Positions 1-10,132 of a DNA stretch of 64,000 nt are shown here, in pieces; within the stretch, counting starts at the first letter, position 1; each line of letters opens with the position of its first letter. The notes beneath the pieces are model-generated. The model did no database searches and was not told the DNA's origin. It was given only the letters and a program-made list of their open reading frames with translations. This DNA comes from Candidatus Omnitrophota bacterium. Its GTDB lineage: Bacteria > Omnitrophota > Gorgyraeia > Gygaellales > Profunditerraquicolaceae. The translations under genes and the position numbers were made by a program. Location: contig JBAZNT010000006.1 of assembly GCA_041649115.1 (NCBI GenBank), forward strand, positions 1,301 through 65,300, read 5' to 3'.

Positions 1-33
1 AAGAATTAATGAAAGAAAAAGGGGGGTAATAAG

Positions 34-1413
34 ATGTTAAAAACTCTTTTGCCCAGTAATGATACAATGCAAGGCAAACATATAGTCCCTCAAGAACGCG
101 TTTTATTCTGGGGCAATGGCATCTGTCCTTCCTGTAAAAGGGTAATACCGGGCGCGGTATTTTTAAGAGACGGTTATAGTTTCTCGAGCAAGTATTGCTC
201 TTATGAAAATAAGGCCTTTGAGGCGCTTTTAGCAAAGGGGGAATGTGGAAAAGCCAGTTTTAAAGCACCGGGGCATTGGCCGACCATCAATTTAAAGGAA
301 GGTAATTACGGAATCTCGGATTGTGATGTCAGGAATCTTTCTAACATTGCCGTAGCAACTTTCCACGTTACCTACCAATGCAATGCGAAATGCAAGATCT
401 GTAAGTATGTTTATCTGCCTGACTGTAGAAAAGAGATGCCCCTGGATTTTATCAAAGGAAAACTCAGATTTTTCAGGAAAAAGATAGTCGCTATTTTTGG
501 CGGAGAACCGACCACTAGGGGTGATTTACCCGGGATACTAAATGCAATTCGCCATTCCGGAAATATTGCCTTATTGTGCACCAATGGTATAAAAATATCC
601 GAAACAGGATACCTGGCACTGCTTAAAAGAAGCGGGCTTAGATATCTGGATTTATCGTTTGATGGCTTCAGCGAAGATATTTACGGGAAGCTCCGCGGGG
701 AAACAGAACGCTATCAATATCGCCTTAAACTCAAGGCCTTAGAAAATTTAAAGAAAGAAAAAGGGATAGCGGTATCCTTTAATACTACTTTAGTGCGCGG
801 CATAAATGACGACCAGGTTCCGCTATTAATTAATTATGCCCTCGAGAACAATTTTGTTAACGGCATAAGTTTTAGGCCTCTGTGTCTTCAGGGCGCAGAG
901 GAGTTCGCGGGGATGACCAGGGATAACCTTCTTTCCCTGGACGAAATAAGAAGTAAAGTCTCTGATGCGCTTGGGCTTTCTCCAGAATACTTCGAGGCCT
1001 GGGACAAAGCAAAACTGGCAGCCGCAGCTTTTCTAAAGGATAAGTGCGGTTGGTTAAGGGGACCGGTATTTTTACCAGGCAAGGTATATCTTCTAAGACG
1101 GGGGGGAAAATTTAAGCCGTTACTTGAGCTTGCCGCCTTGAAAGAATTAGAAACAGCGCTGAAGAATAAGAATATCCGTGGTTTATTGCAGTTTAAATTC
1201 TTGGGTTGGTACGGTAAGATAGCCCTGGGGCTTCTGTTAGGGAAAAACCTGGAGTTCGGTATACTTAGAAGAAGCGGAATTTTCAAAATAAGCGTATCCT
1301 TGCTCGTTGATGCCATTAATGAAGTTTATCCCTCTTGCCAGCCGCTCGGGGACTTTAATTATATTTTGCTTCGAGGTGATACTTATAACTTTGACTTGAA
1401 TGCGATAACCTAG
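34..1413 (+). CDS. radical SAM protein with N-terminal CxxC zinc-ribbon-like segment
   Basis: 459-aa ORF. CNAKCKIC (CX3CX2C) cluster motif, downstream GGEPT SAM-binding motif, N-terminal ICPSC...YC segment. Confidence 0.8.
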   Translation: MLKTLLPSNDTMQGKHIVPQERVLFWGNGICPSCKRVIPGAVFLRDGYSFSSKYCSYENKAFEALLAKGECGKASFKAPGHWPTINLKEGNYGISDCDVRNLSNIAVATFHVTYQCNAKCKICKYVYLPDCRKEMPLDFIKGKLRFFRKKIVAIFGGEPTTRGDLPGILNAIRHSGNIALLCTNGIKISETGYLALLKRSGLRYLDLSFDGFSEDIYGKLRGETERYQYRLKLKALENLKKEKGIAVSFNTTLVRGINDDQVPLLINYALENNFVNGISFRPLCLQGAEEFAGMTRDNLLSLDEIRSKVSDALGLSPEYFEAWDKAKLAAAAFLKDKCGWLRGPVFLPGKVYLLRRGGKFKPLLELAALKELETALKNKNIRGLLQFKFLGWYGKIALGLLLGKNLEFGILRRSGIFKISVSLLVDAINEVYPSCQPLGDFNYILLRGDTYNFDLNAIT

Positions 1414-1787
1414 GATATAGTCTTCTGGCAAAGACTTCAATTTGCAGTCCAATCCCTTGCCAATATCTGCTATAAGCAGGTAATGTTTATATTACGGCTG
1501 TATTTAACCGCTCCTAATAAAATCTCCCCCGATTCTTTAAAAAACAAGAATATAACAATCAATCATAGTAATAAAGAAATAAAGTTTTTGGGCTAAGATT
1601 ATTATGTAGGCTATTTTACCAGTTTTCATTCGGAATTATGCCATAGGAAATCAGCTTTGTCGCGCTGTTATTATGTTATTTGAGATAATGATTTTTACCC
1701 GGCGCGCAATACTGTTATTCGGGAGGCATCAAGGCCAGGCCGGTGTTTTATGCAAAAAATTGATAGAACCAGGAGATTAAGGAAAAA

Positions 1788-3308
1788 ATGAGCAGTGCTA
1801 TTATCAAAAGGCCCACGTCGTTAAACAGCATTTTTTTATTATTGATACTGGCAACGGGTCTATTTCTGAGGTTATATAAATGGGTCGGATACAGCCTATG
1901 GTATGATGAGATTATATGGATGGCCTCTCCCAGGGGCGGTTTCCTGAACATGTTGACTGACACCGTAATGATTTTCAAGCCACCCCTCTTTAAATTTTTG
2001 TTATACTGGTGGAGTTTTTTGGGGCGAGGAGAGTTTGTTTTAAGGTTGCTTCCGGTAGGATGCGGGATTTTCTCGGTCTTATTCATTTATGGAATCGCCA
2101 AGATATTATCTGATCAGAAGGCCGCGCTTATTTCAGCGCTGCTGTTGTCGCTATCCAGCATGCACATACATTATTCCCAGGAATTGACAGATTATAGCCT
2201 TTTGACATTTCTTTCTTTGGGATCGGTATATTATTTTTGTCGCATCCTAAAAGAAAATGGAGGCAGGGGGTGGATTGGCTATGTTGTTTTTACCGCCCTA
2301 GGGTTATATACGAATTACATCTTTAACCTTTTGTATATTACCGAAATTCTATTTTTTATAGTTTTTGCTAAAAAGCGGGGGAACTTAATCAGGGGGTGGT
2401 TATTGAGTCAGGCATCCATTCTGATATTGTTCTCTCCGTGGCTGTTTTTAATCCCAAAGCAAGTCCGCTATTTAAACTTCGTTACTTATTTAACAGATTG
2501 GGTACCGAGATTTTCTTTTTTACGCATGATGCAGTTGTTCAGGATTTTTAACGGCGGTTATAACACCGACCTTTTTATTAATTTATCCGCCTCCGTTTTA
2601 TTTTTTCCTTTATTTTTATGGGGAATTTTTTTGAATATGAAACGCGAGGGCCTCGCATCAAAATTCTTACTATTCTGGATTTTTGTGCCGCTTGCGTTAT
2701 CGTTTCTTTTATCAAAGATAAGGCCAAATTTTACTTATCGCAATTTTATAATTATATTGCCGGTTTACTATATTATTATAGCCACTGCGGCTGTCAGGTT
2801 AAAAAGATATGCCTATCTGCTTATATTGCCGTTTTTGGTTATTTCTTGTCTTTCCCTTTATAATTATTACCATAACATCATGCCGTATCCTGAACCGTTT
2901 TATCGTGATGGTATGCACCAGAGAAAAGACATACGCGGGGCCAGTAGGTATGTCATCAAAAATTTCAAGGATGGCGATCTTGTAATACATACCTGTCTTT
3001 CTACCGGGGCGCCGTTTCTTTATTATTTATTTTCGGAAAATAATATTAAGATAATGCCCTGGATGAACGAATCGCCGCCGTATACGGAGGATTCTATTAC
3101 CATGCCTCGAGTGGGAGATCTTCCCCGGATAGTAAAGAACCGCGACAGGATATGGCTGGTATTTTCGGCATGGGAACCGGCGGAATTAGTTTCCGAGCCG
3201 CAGAGAAGCGAAAATATAACCAAGGCATTTTTGGATACCGAGGCATTATTGCAGGAGCGCAGGGAATTCGAGGGAGTCGAGGTTTCTCTTTATAGAAATA
3301 AGAATTAG
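1788..3308 (+). CDS. GT-C fold (ArnT/PMT, family 39-like) membrane glycosyltransferase
   Basis: 506-aa polytopic membrane ORF. Early-loop YDE motif and many hydrophobic segments typical of ArnT/PMT_2-type transferases. Confidence 0.65.
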   Translation: MSSAIIKRPTSLNSIFLLLILATGLFLRLYKWVGYSLWYDEIIWMASPRGGFLNMLTDTVMIFKPPLFKFLLYWWSFLGRGEFVLRLLPVGCGIFSVLFIYGIAKILSDQKAALISALLLSLSSMHIHYSQELTDYSLLTFLSLGSVYYFCRILKENGGRGWIGYVVFTALGLYTNYIFNLLYITEILFFIVFAKKRGNLIRGWLLSQASILILFSPWLFLIPKQVRYLNFVTYLTDWVPRFSFLRMMQLFRIFNGGYNTDLFINLSASVLFFPLFLWGIFLNMKREGLASKFLLFWIFVPLALSFLLSKIRPNFTYRNFIIILPVYYIIIATAAVRLKRYAYLLILPFLVISCLSLYNYYHNIMPYPEPFYRDGMHQRKDIRGASRYVIKNFKDGDLVIHTCLSTGAPFLYYLFSENNIKIMPWMNESPPYTEDSITMPRVGDLPRIVKNRDRIWLVFSAWEPAELVSEPQRSENITKAFLDTEALLQERREFEGVEVSLYRNKN

Positions 3309-3370
3309 TCTGTATTTGATAATAAGAACTGCGGCATCGTCAGCGTGACTATAAATATTATCACCCCGGT

Positions 3371-4075
3371 ATGGCCAGACCTCTTAAGATAGGCATCCAG
3401 CAAATAGGTTATCTGCCTTGGCTTGGTTTTTTCGATCAGATATACCGATGCGATAAATTTGTATTACATATTGATGTCCAATTTGACCGCCATTCCTGGC
3501 GTAACCGCAATAGGGTCAGGACAAGGGAGGGTTGGCGCTGGTTGACGGTTCCGGTATGTACCAAGGGGTTTTTTGGCCAGAACATCAAGGAAACAAGGAT
3601 CTCCAACCGCGAGCGATGGTTTAAAAAACATTGGCTTAACATAAGGCACAATTATCTGAAGGCCCGGTTTTTTAGTAAATACGCTTATTTTTTCGAAGAA
3701 ACATTTCTTTGCAAGAAATGGGAATTTTTGGTTGACTTGGATCTTTACATAATTAACTGGTGCCTTAAAGAGTTAGGTATCTCCACCGAGATAATCATTT
3801 CCTCGCAGATAAAATCAAGGTCAACCAAAACCGAAGGGGTTATCGCCATATGCAAGGAATTGGGGGCGGACAGTTATCTGTCCGCTTCTGCGGGGAGGAA
3901 TTATCTGGACGAAGACAGATTAGGTGCGGAAGGGATTGGTTTAGAATACCAGGATTATAAACATCCCGTTTATCAACAGGTCTATCCTGGCTTTTTTTCT
4001 CACCTTTCGATTATAGACTTATTGTTTAACGCGGGGGAAGAGAGCTTGGGCATTTTAAGCGGGGGGGGCGGATGA
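3371..4075 (+). CDS. WbqC family protein
   Basis: 234 aa. The N-terminal IGIQQIGYLPWLGFFDQI...RNRNRV pattern is characteristic of the WbqC-like family found in polysaccharide clusters. Confidence 0.65.
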   Translation: MARPLKIGIQQIGYLPWLGFFDQIYRCDKFVLHIDVQFDRHSWRNRNRVRTREGWRWLTVPVCTKGFFGQNIKETRISNRERWFKKHWLNIRHNYLKARFFSKYAYFFEETFLCKKWEFLVDLDLYIINWCLKELGISTEIIISSQIKSRSTKTEGVIAICKELGADSYLSASAGRNYLDEDRLGAEGIGLEYQDYKHPVYQQVYPGFFSHLSIIDLLFNAGEESLGILSGGGG

Positions 4076-5115
4076 AGATAGTAGCTCCGGTATCTGCTCT
4101 TAAAGAGGTTTTTCCTGTTATTGATGCCGGCGGTGACGAGATTTACTGCGGGTTATTTTCTCCGCAGTGGCTGGCGGATTATGGAGATATAGATTCCAGC
4201 AACAGAAGGCATTGCCGCCACGCCAGTATTAAAGATTACGGCGAGCTCGCTGCCGTCGTCAGAGCGGCACACTCCAGGAACGCAAAGGTCAATCTTGTTT
4301 TTAACGAATTTTATTCAGCCGACCAATACAGGATGATTCTGCATCAACTTGAAGAAATAGGGAGATTGAAAATTGATAATCTGGTGATATCTGATCTGGG
4401 GCTGCTGCATATTATGCGGAAAAATAAAAACCTGACAGGAGCAGATTTAACAGTGAGCCTCCTGGGCTCTACCTTTAGTTCTTCCGCCCTGTCTTTCTAT
4501 AAAAGCTTTGGGATAAAGAGGGTTGTCTTGCCAAGAGAGATTTCTTTAAGCGAGATTCGGGAGCTTCGCGACAGCATGCCCGATATAGAATTAGAAGCGG
4601 TAGCTTTAAATTGTAAATGCAAATACATAGAAGGATTCTGTACTTTTCAGCACGGGTTCGGCTTTATAAAATATGCGCAGTGCGCTAAGGTCTTGAAAAA
4701 AATGGTCCCTTCTTTTGTATCAGCTGCCTTGTCTTCTTTCCTGGCGCAGCGATATGAGAAGCATCTGAGCAGGAGGAATTTTGGATGCTGTCTTGGATAC
4801 GACATTATAGCTGACCCGCAGGAAGCATCAGGGGCAGCTGACTATTGGATTGGAAGGATAAAGAGTTATTTTGACGGTTTTCTTGAAGGTTGCGGTGCCT
4901 GCTCACTGCAGTCGCTGGAGGACTGTGGAGTTCAGTTTGTCAAAATAGCCGGCAGGGAAAACCGCCTCAGAGATAAACTGGAAGACGTAAGATTCATGAA
5001 GCGGATGATAGAATCGATGCGCCTTCCCGGGGATGAATTCCAGCGGGCGGCCAAGGAGCTTTATCGCAAGTTTTATAAACGCGGCTGCTCTCAGCAATAC
5101 TGTTACTATAAATAA
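4072..5115 (+). CDS. U32 family protein (peptidase U32/UbiU-like, putative Fe-S)
   Basis: 347 aa. N-terminus KIVAPV...DAGGDEIYCG is typical of U32. Cys cluster C181/C183-x6-C190-x13-C204. Start overlaps the WbqC stop. Confidence 0.7.
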   Translation: MKIVAPVSALKEVFPVIDAGGDEIYCGLFSPQWLADYGDIDSSNRRHCRHASIKDYGELAAVVRAAHSRNAKVNLVFNEFYSADQYRMILHQLEEIGRLKIDNLVISDLGLLHIMRKNKNLTGADLTVSLLGSTFSSSALSFYKSFGIKRVVLPREISLSEIRELRDSMPDIELEAVALNCKCKYIEGFCTFQHGFGFIKYAQCAKVLKKMVPSFVSAALSSFLAQRYEKHLSRRNFGCCLGYDIIADPQEASGAADYWIGRIKSYFDGFLEGCGACSLQSLEDCGVQFVKIAGRENRLRDKLEDVRFMKRMIESMRLPGDEFQRAAKELYRKFYKRGCSQQYCYYK

Positions 5116-5131
5116 ACAGCGCGCTAAGGTT

Positions 5132-5902
5132 ATGCCAGAGAAAGCATTATTTATTACTAAGCTTGAAGATGTGAAATACCTGGATAATAACTGGGAGCGC
5201 CTCTATTTCGGCAATGAATTCTGCCAGCATCTGCTTCCCCCCCCGGAAGATATCATCAAGGTCATCGATTTTACTAAGAAAAATAACTTGGACCTTAGTT
5301 TGGTTACCCCGGTTCTCAACAGTGCCGGCGTGCTTAAGGCCAGGGATATCCTGCGGCTGTTTGCGGAATATTATCCCGGAGGAGAGGTAGTAATAAACGA
5401 CTGGGGAATGCTTGGGGAATGCCGTAAATATTCCCTAGAGCCCATCGTTGGAAGATTATTGACGAAACAGAAGCGGGATCCGCGTATAAAAAAAATTATG
5501 TTTAGGCTCGCGCCTATGGCGCAAAAAAGATTTAAGGAAAGCGGGATAAATCCGGGGTATGCCGCATTCTTAAAAGAGAATAATATAAAGCATATAGAAT
5601 TAGACTGTCTGTTGCAGGGCATGGATGAGACGTTCTGCCGGGCAAACGGACTTTGCCTTTCGTTGTATCTGCCTTACGGATACATCTCTACAACGCGCCG
5701 CTGCATTTTTAATAATAATGGATTTGGGCATTGCAGTAAAGAATGTCAGAAACACTCCTTTAGGTTAAGGCACCCCTCTTTTGACAACGCGCTGCTGCTT
5801 AAAGGTAATACCTTATTTTTTGATAATAAGATTGGATCTAAGGATGTTTTAATGATAGACGGTTTAAAGAGAATAGTATATCAACCCACGCTACCGATTT
5901 AG
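5132..5902 (+). CDS. U32-related Cys-rich protein (UbiV-like pattern)
   Basis: ORF track starts at 5033 inside the upstream gene. The ATG at 5132 follows an AAGG RBS. Motifs LYFGNEFC and C-x9-C-x3-C. Confidence 0.5.
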   Translation: MPEKALFITKLEDVKYLDNNWERLYFGNEFCQHLLPPPEDIIKVIDFTKKNNLDLSLVTPVLNSAGVLKARDILRLFAEYYPGGEVVINDWGMLGECRKYSLEPIVGRLLTKQKRDPRIKKIMFRLAPMAQKRFKESGINPGYAAFLKENNIKHIELDCLLQGMDETFCRANGLCLSLYLPYGYISTTRRCIFNNNGFGHCSKECQKHSFRLRHPSFDNALLLKGNTLFFDNKIGSKDVLMIDGLKRIVYQPTLPI

Positions 5903-5923
5903 GGCCGCACCCCGGCAGATTTA

Positions 5924-7330
5924 ATGCAGAAGAGACGGCGCATAAAAAAGATACTTTTGGTTATGCCTCCCAGGAATTATCTCAAGGGCAGAGAAGGCAA
6001 AAGGGCGTACCCGCCGTTAGGATTGGCTTATTTGGCTTCGGCTTTGGAAAATAACTGGGAGGTTTCAATATTAGATTCTATTTTAGAGGGCTTCGGCAGG
6101 GAGGAAGAGATAGAGCCGGGCCTCTATAGATACGGCCTATCTTTTAAGCAAATTGAAAAACGGATAAGGGACTTTGGCCCTGATGTGGTAGGGGTTTCCT
6201 GCCTGCAATTTATACAGTATGAAGAAGCCAGGATCGTTTGCAACATTGCTAAAAATGTTGACCCCTTGATTGCTACTGTTATGGGGGGGGCTTGTCCCAG
6301 CATCTCGCCTTCTATCTTATTGCGGGATCGCTCCATAGATTTTCTTATTTTGGGAGAAGGGGAATCGGCACTCTATTCCTTGGTAAGGTCATTAGAAACA
6401 GGGAGTGGATTGGCGGATCTGCCAGGGTTAGCCTATCGGGATAGTTCGGGAGATGCCAGGATTAATCCCCGGGCGGTTATTAATAGACTAGATTCTTTAC
6501 CTTTGCCGGCCAGGCATCTGCTTTCTTTAAAGGAATATCCCAGACTTAACCGCAGGCCGTTCGGAGAACGCGATTGTCTTGAGGATTATTTTACTCCCCT
6601 GGTTAGCTCCCGTGGCTGCAGCGGAGATTGCCGGTTTTGCAGTTCTCGTAGCCTCTGGGGACAGCAATTCAGGGCGCATAGTCCATCAAGGGTGTTGAGG
6701 GAAATAGAGTTATTGGTTTCTGCGGGGATCAGAGAGTTCCATTTTTTAGACGACAACCTAACATTGGATAAAAGACGCGCTGAAGAAATATTCGAAGGGA
6801 TTATAGGCAGAAGATTGAATATTTCTTGGTATGCGATAAGCGGGATGGCGGTAAATACGCTTGATACAGAACTGTTGATGAAGATGCGTGAAAGCGGATG
6901 TTACCGCGTCGCCTTGCCGATAGAAACCGCTAAAAGCGAAACTTTGGATGCGATGCGCAAGCCAATAGACCACAGACGTATTGCGGGGTTAGTCAAAACA
7001 ATCAAGGCTATGGGTATGCACGCGGATGGCATATTTATGATTGGCTATCCCGGGGAAACCACGGGGGATATAGACAAAACCTTAGAGTTTGCCAATAGCC
7101 TAAGCTTGGATAATGTTACCTTCTGTATCGCGACGCCCTTTCCGGGGACCGCCTTATATGACGACTGTCTTAAAAAGGGCTATATCAGAGAGGATATGCG
7201 GTGGCTGGATCTGCGGTTCGCAAAAGGGAATATAGAAACGCCTGAATTCTCGCCGCAATATTTGGAAAGAGTGCGGAAGGAAGCTTGGTTGAGAATAAAT
7301 TTTCCTCAAAGGACAGTTGCTGCAGTTTGA
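5924..7330 (+). CDS. B12-binding domain radical SAM protein (class B)
   Basis: 468 aa. N-terminal Rossmann-like KKILLVMPP... region, then RGCSGDCRFC (CX3CX2C). Confidence 0.8.
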   Translation: MQKRRRIKKILLVMPPRNYLKGREGKRAYPPLGLAYLASALENNWEVSILDSILEGFGREEEIEPGLYRYGLSFKQIEKRIRDFGPDVVGVSCLQFIQYEEARIVCNIAKNVDPLIATVMGGACPSISPSILLRDRSIDFLILGEGESALYSLVRSLETGSGLADLPGLAYRDSSGDARINPRAVINRLDSLPLPARHLLSLKEYPRLNRRPFGERDCLEDYFTPLVSSRGCSGDCRFCSSRSLWGQQFRAHSPSRVLREIELLVSAGIREFHFLDDNLTLDKRRAEEIFEGIIGRRLNISWYAISGMAVNTLDTELLMKMRESGCYRVALPIETAKSETLDAMRKPIDHRRIAGLVKTIKAMGMHADGIFMIGYPGETTGDIDKTLEFANSLSLDNVTFCIATPFPGTALYDDCLKKGYIREDMRWLDLRFAKGNIETPEFSPQYLERVRKEAWLRINFPQRTVAAV

Positions 7331-8448
7331 TTACCATCGCTTGTTACAGACATCAACCCGAGAATCAACCACCAGATAGACGCTACCTCTGGCAGGAAGA
7401 AGCCGAAATCTATAAAATTATGAATTATAAAGACGCTGCTTGATATAATTAAGCCGGCGTTTACGATATCAGTCTTTCCCCGGAGACCATTAAGGGATTT
7501 TTTAAATATAGCAATAACCAGCCAAATCAGAGAAAGCAGCCCCAGGATTCCGGTTTCTGCCCACAGTTGCAGATAAGAATTATGGGCATAGCGCGAATGT
7601 TCCAGATTAAAGTTGCCTATCCCTATGCCTGTCCAGGGGTGCAGTTTGATTATCCCTAAGGTTTCCGTCCAGTAATCCAGCCGCATTACTGCCGAGAAGG
7701 CCGGTTGGAGATGCGGTTTCTGCGGTGTGCTCCTGGATATAAAAACCAACCCCAGTATTATCAATAATCCCAAGGGATAAATTAGAATTTTTTTATCGCA
7801 GCCACTCTCTAGGCAAAGGTAGATTATGATAGCTAACGCCAGGCTAGAGATGGCGCCGAGCGAGCCGCTAAGGAAAATAGCAATCAATATCGGCATGCTA
7901 AGAAAAACCCTGTTTTTAAATATTAGGATAAGAGGGATTATCATGGCAAGATAGCCTCCGAGGGCGTTTGGCGTAACAAAAGGGAAAAAGACGCGCCTGC
8001 GCGCTATGTAGTCCATGACAAAGGCGTTATTGATGTTTTCGCGTTTTAAGTAATCCAGGAGATTCCGGAAACCAAAAAAATATTGGTAGATAGCAAGGAT
8101 GCTGATTGTCAGGCCTGCAAATAGCAACGTTTGTAAGATTATATCCTTTTCCTTTTTGTTGCATGAGCCAGCTACCAATAGTATCAGCGGCCCGGCGATG
8201 TATTTATAGGCTTCTTTTAAAAATCCGATCCTGTCATGGGAGAATATCCCCGATATTATCAGGGAAAGAAAGAATGCTGCCAGCGGATAAAGCAAGCGGT
8301 TTGTTTTGGAAAGGGAGACCTTTCTGACAATGCACCAGGAAATTACGAATAGCAGCAAGAGGTAGGAATAGATGTAATTTAAATAAGGGAAGGCCAGTGA
8401 AGAAATGAAGGGGCGGGCGAAGATTAGGGTTAGTAGAATAGTGAACAT
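7306..8448 (-). CDS. O-antigen ligase/polymerase (Wzy_C) family membrane protein
   Basis: 380-aa polytopic ORF with the HSRYAHNSYLQLWAETGILGL motif typical of the O-antigen ligase family. Confidence 0.7.
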   Translation of the reverse strand: MFTILLTLIFARPFISSLAFPYLNYIYSYLLLLFVISWCIVRKVSLSKTNRLLYPLAAFFLSLIISGIFSHDRIGFLKEAYKYIAGPLILLVAGSCNKKEKDIILQTLLFAGLTISILAIYQYFFGFRNLLDYLKRENINNAFVMDYIARRRVFFPFVTPNALGGYLAMIIPLILIFKNRVFLSMPILIAIFLSGSLGAISSLALAIIIYLCLESGCDKKILIYPLGLLIILGLVFISRSTPQKPHLQPAFSAVMRLDYWTETLGIIKLHPWTGIGIGNFNLEHSRYAHNSYLQLWAETGILGLLSLIWLVIAIFKKSLNGLRGKTDIVNAGLIISSSVFIIHNFIDFGFFLPEVASIWWLILGLMSVTSDGNQTAATVL

Positions 8449-8470
8449 TATGATATAATTTTATTTAATA

Positions 8471-9412
8471 ATGGCGACGATGTCAAACAGATTAGTGAGT
8501 ATTATTATTGTAACTGCCGGAAAAGACGACTATGCCCTGTCTCTCTTGGAATCCATCAAAAGACAAACCTACCTCCGCACAGAGGTCTTTATCATCGATA
8601 ACTCTCTCGATCCGGGGCTTGGACAAAAAATTCTTATAAATTACCCTTTAGCGCGTCTTTATCCACAAAAGGAAAACATTCTTTATTGTCAGGCTCTGAA
8701 TTTTGGGATAACGCAAAGCAAGGGGGATTTTATCCTTTGTCTTAACGATGATATAATTCTGGAACACGATTTTATAGAAAAGGCGATTCAGGGCTTTGGT
8801 ATTCATCAGAGAATCGGTATGGTTAGCCCTAAGATCCTGCGTAGCGACCGAAAAACCATAGACAGCACGGGTTTATTCCTCGGCCGGGCTTATACTGCTG
8901 TTGAAAGGGGCTACGGCAGGAAGGATTACGGTCAGTTTGAAAAGCCCGGGTATGTTTTCGGCGTTAACGGAGCAGTTGCTTTTTATCGCAGGGTGATGTT
9001 AGAAGATATCAGGAAGGACGGGTATTATTTCGATCCGGCCTTCAGGATATTTTACGAGGATTTGGATGTGGCATGGCGCGCTCAAGGGCGGGGCTGGAAA
9101 GGATATTATTTGCCTTCCGCCGTCGCATATCATGTCCGTGGCGCAACAGTCAGGCGCAAAAGCGGTATTGACAGATACCTTGCCGGCAGATATCTGGAGG
9201 ATGGGCTATTAGCGGATCTAATCAAGAACCGTTATCTGACGGTTATCAGGAATGAGACGCCGGCGGGTTTTATCGCCCGCCTCCCTTTCGCGTTGGTCTA
9301 CGATATTATTATGTGGGGATACTTAGTGATATTCAGGCCGGGGATTTTTAAAAAGATATTGGCCAGTTCCGGATTTCTGAAGACTGCCTTTTGCAAGAGA
9401 TGCGATAGATGA
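8471..9412 (+). CDS. glycosyltransferase family 2
   Basis: 313 aa. VSIIIVT...DNSLD...LNDD pattern (DxD-type GT-A fold). Confidence 0.8.
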   Translation: MATMSNRLVSIIIVTAGKDDYALSLLESIKRQTYLRTEVFIIDNSLDPGLGQKILINYPLARLYPQKENILYCQALNFGITQSKGDFILCLNDDIILEHDFIEKAIQGFGIHQRIGMVSPKILRSDRKTIDSTGLFLGRAYTAVERGYGRKDYGQFEKPGYVFGVNGAVAFYRRVMLEDIRKDGYYFDPAFRIFYEDLDVAWRAQGRGWKGYYLPSAVAYHVRGATVRRKSGIDRYLAGRYLEDGLLADLIKNRYLTVIRNETPAGFIARLPFALVYDIIMWGYLVIFRPGIFKKILASSGFLKTAFCKRCDR

Positions 9413-10050
9413 AAAAGCCGCCCGGTATATCCATTAACAGATTAGCTGTTTATTTGAGATTTTTGGAAAACCGCAGCCAGGACGGCGATGCCAAAAGCAC
9501 TATCAGCTCAGAGGAGTTTGCCAGGTCGCTTGAGTTAAACCCCAATCAGATAAGGAAAGACCTTTCCTATTTCGGGAAATTCGGCAGGCAGGGGATAGGT
9601 TATAACATCGAAGAACTCAAGGAGCAGATCAGGGAAATCCTGGGGTTGCATAGAAAGTGGAAATTATGCCTTTGCGGAGCGGGGAATCTTGGTTCTGCGC
9701 TGTCTTCCTATCGGGGTTTCAGGGAAAGAAGCCTGAATATTGCGGCGATATTTGACAGTGACCCCGCCAAGATAGACAAGCGAATCGATGGCATAAGGAT
9801 ATACGACACCAGAGAAATAAAAAAGGTGGTAAAGAGACTCGGGATTGACATCGCCATTATTGCGGTTCCGGCTGATGCTGCCGGCAGAATAGCCGAAAGG
9901 CTGGTAGCGGCCGGGATAAGGGCTATCTTAAATTTCGCGCCCGTAAAAATCAATGTTCCTTCCGGAGTCAAATTGCGCAATGTCGATCTCTCCACCGAAT
10001 TAATTAATCTTACTTATTTTCTCTCATCGGTTTTTAAGCCCGGGGTTTAG
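9409..10050 (+). CDS. rex: redox-sensing transcriptional repressor Rex
   Basis: 213 aa. N-terminal winged helix (RLAVYLRFL...QIRKDLSYFG) plus Rossmann GAGNLG motif. Confidence 0.85.
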   Translation: MKKPPGISINRLAVYLRFLENRSQDGDAKSTISSEEFARSLELNPNQIRKDLSYFGKFGRQGIGYNIEELKEQIREILGLHRKWKLCLCGAGNLGSALSSYRGFRERSLNIAAIFDSDPAKIDKRIDGIRIYDTREIKKVVKRLGIDIAIIAVPADAAGRIAERLVAAGIRAILNFAPVKINVPSGVKLRNVDLSTELINLTYFLSSVFKPGV

Positions 10051-10103
10051 TTTTCCCGTCGGGAAACAGAGAAGGCATAATTTTCCTGGGAACCAAAAAA
10101 TAC

Positions 10104-10132
10104 TTGACAATGACAACATCTTGTGATAAAAA
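10104..10132 (+). promoter_or_regulatory. sigma70-type promoter (TTGACA-17-TGaTAAAAA)
   Basis: TTGACA at 10104-10109 and an extended -10 TGaTAAAAA ending at 10132, upstream of the ATP-grasp/kamA operon. Confidence 0.45.

Noticed and set aside
5033-5131. N-terminal extensions of track ORFs (5033, 10224, 21034, 29553, 33907, 53862)
   Set aside because: The extensions overlap the preceding gene or a hairpin and lack an RBS. Internal ATGs with good RBS and homologous N-termini were preferred.
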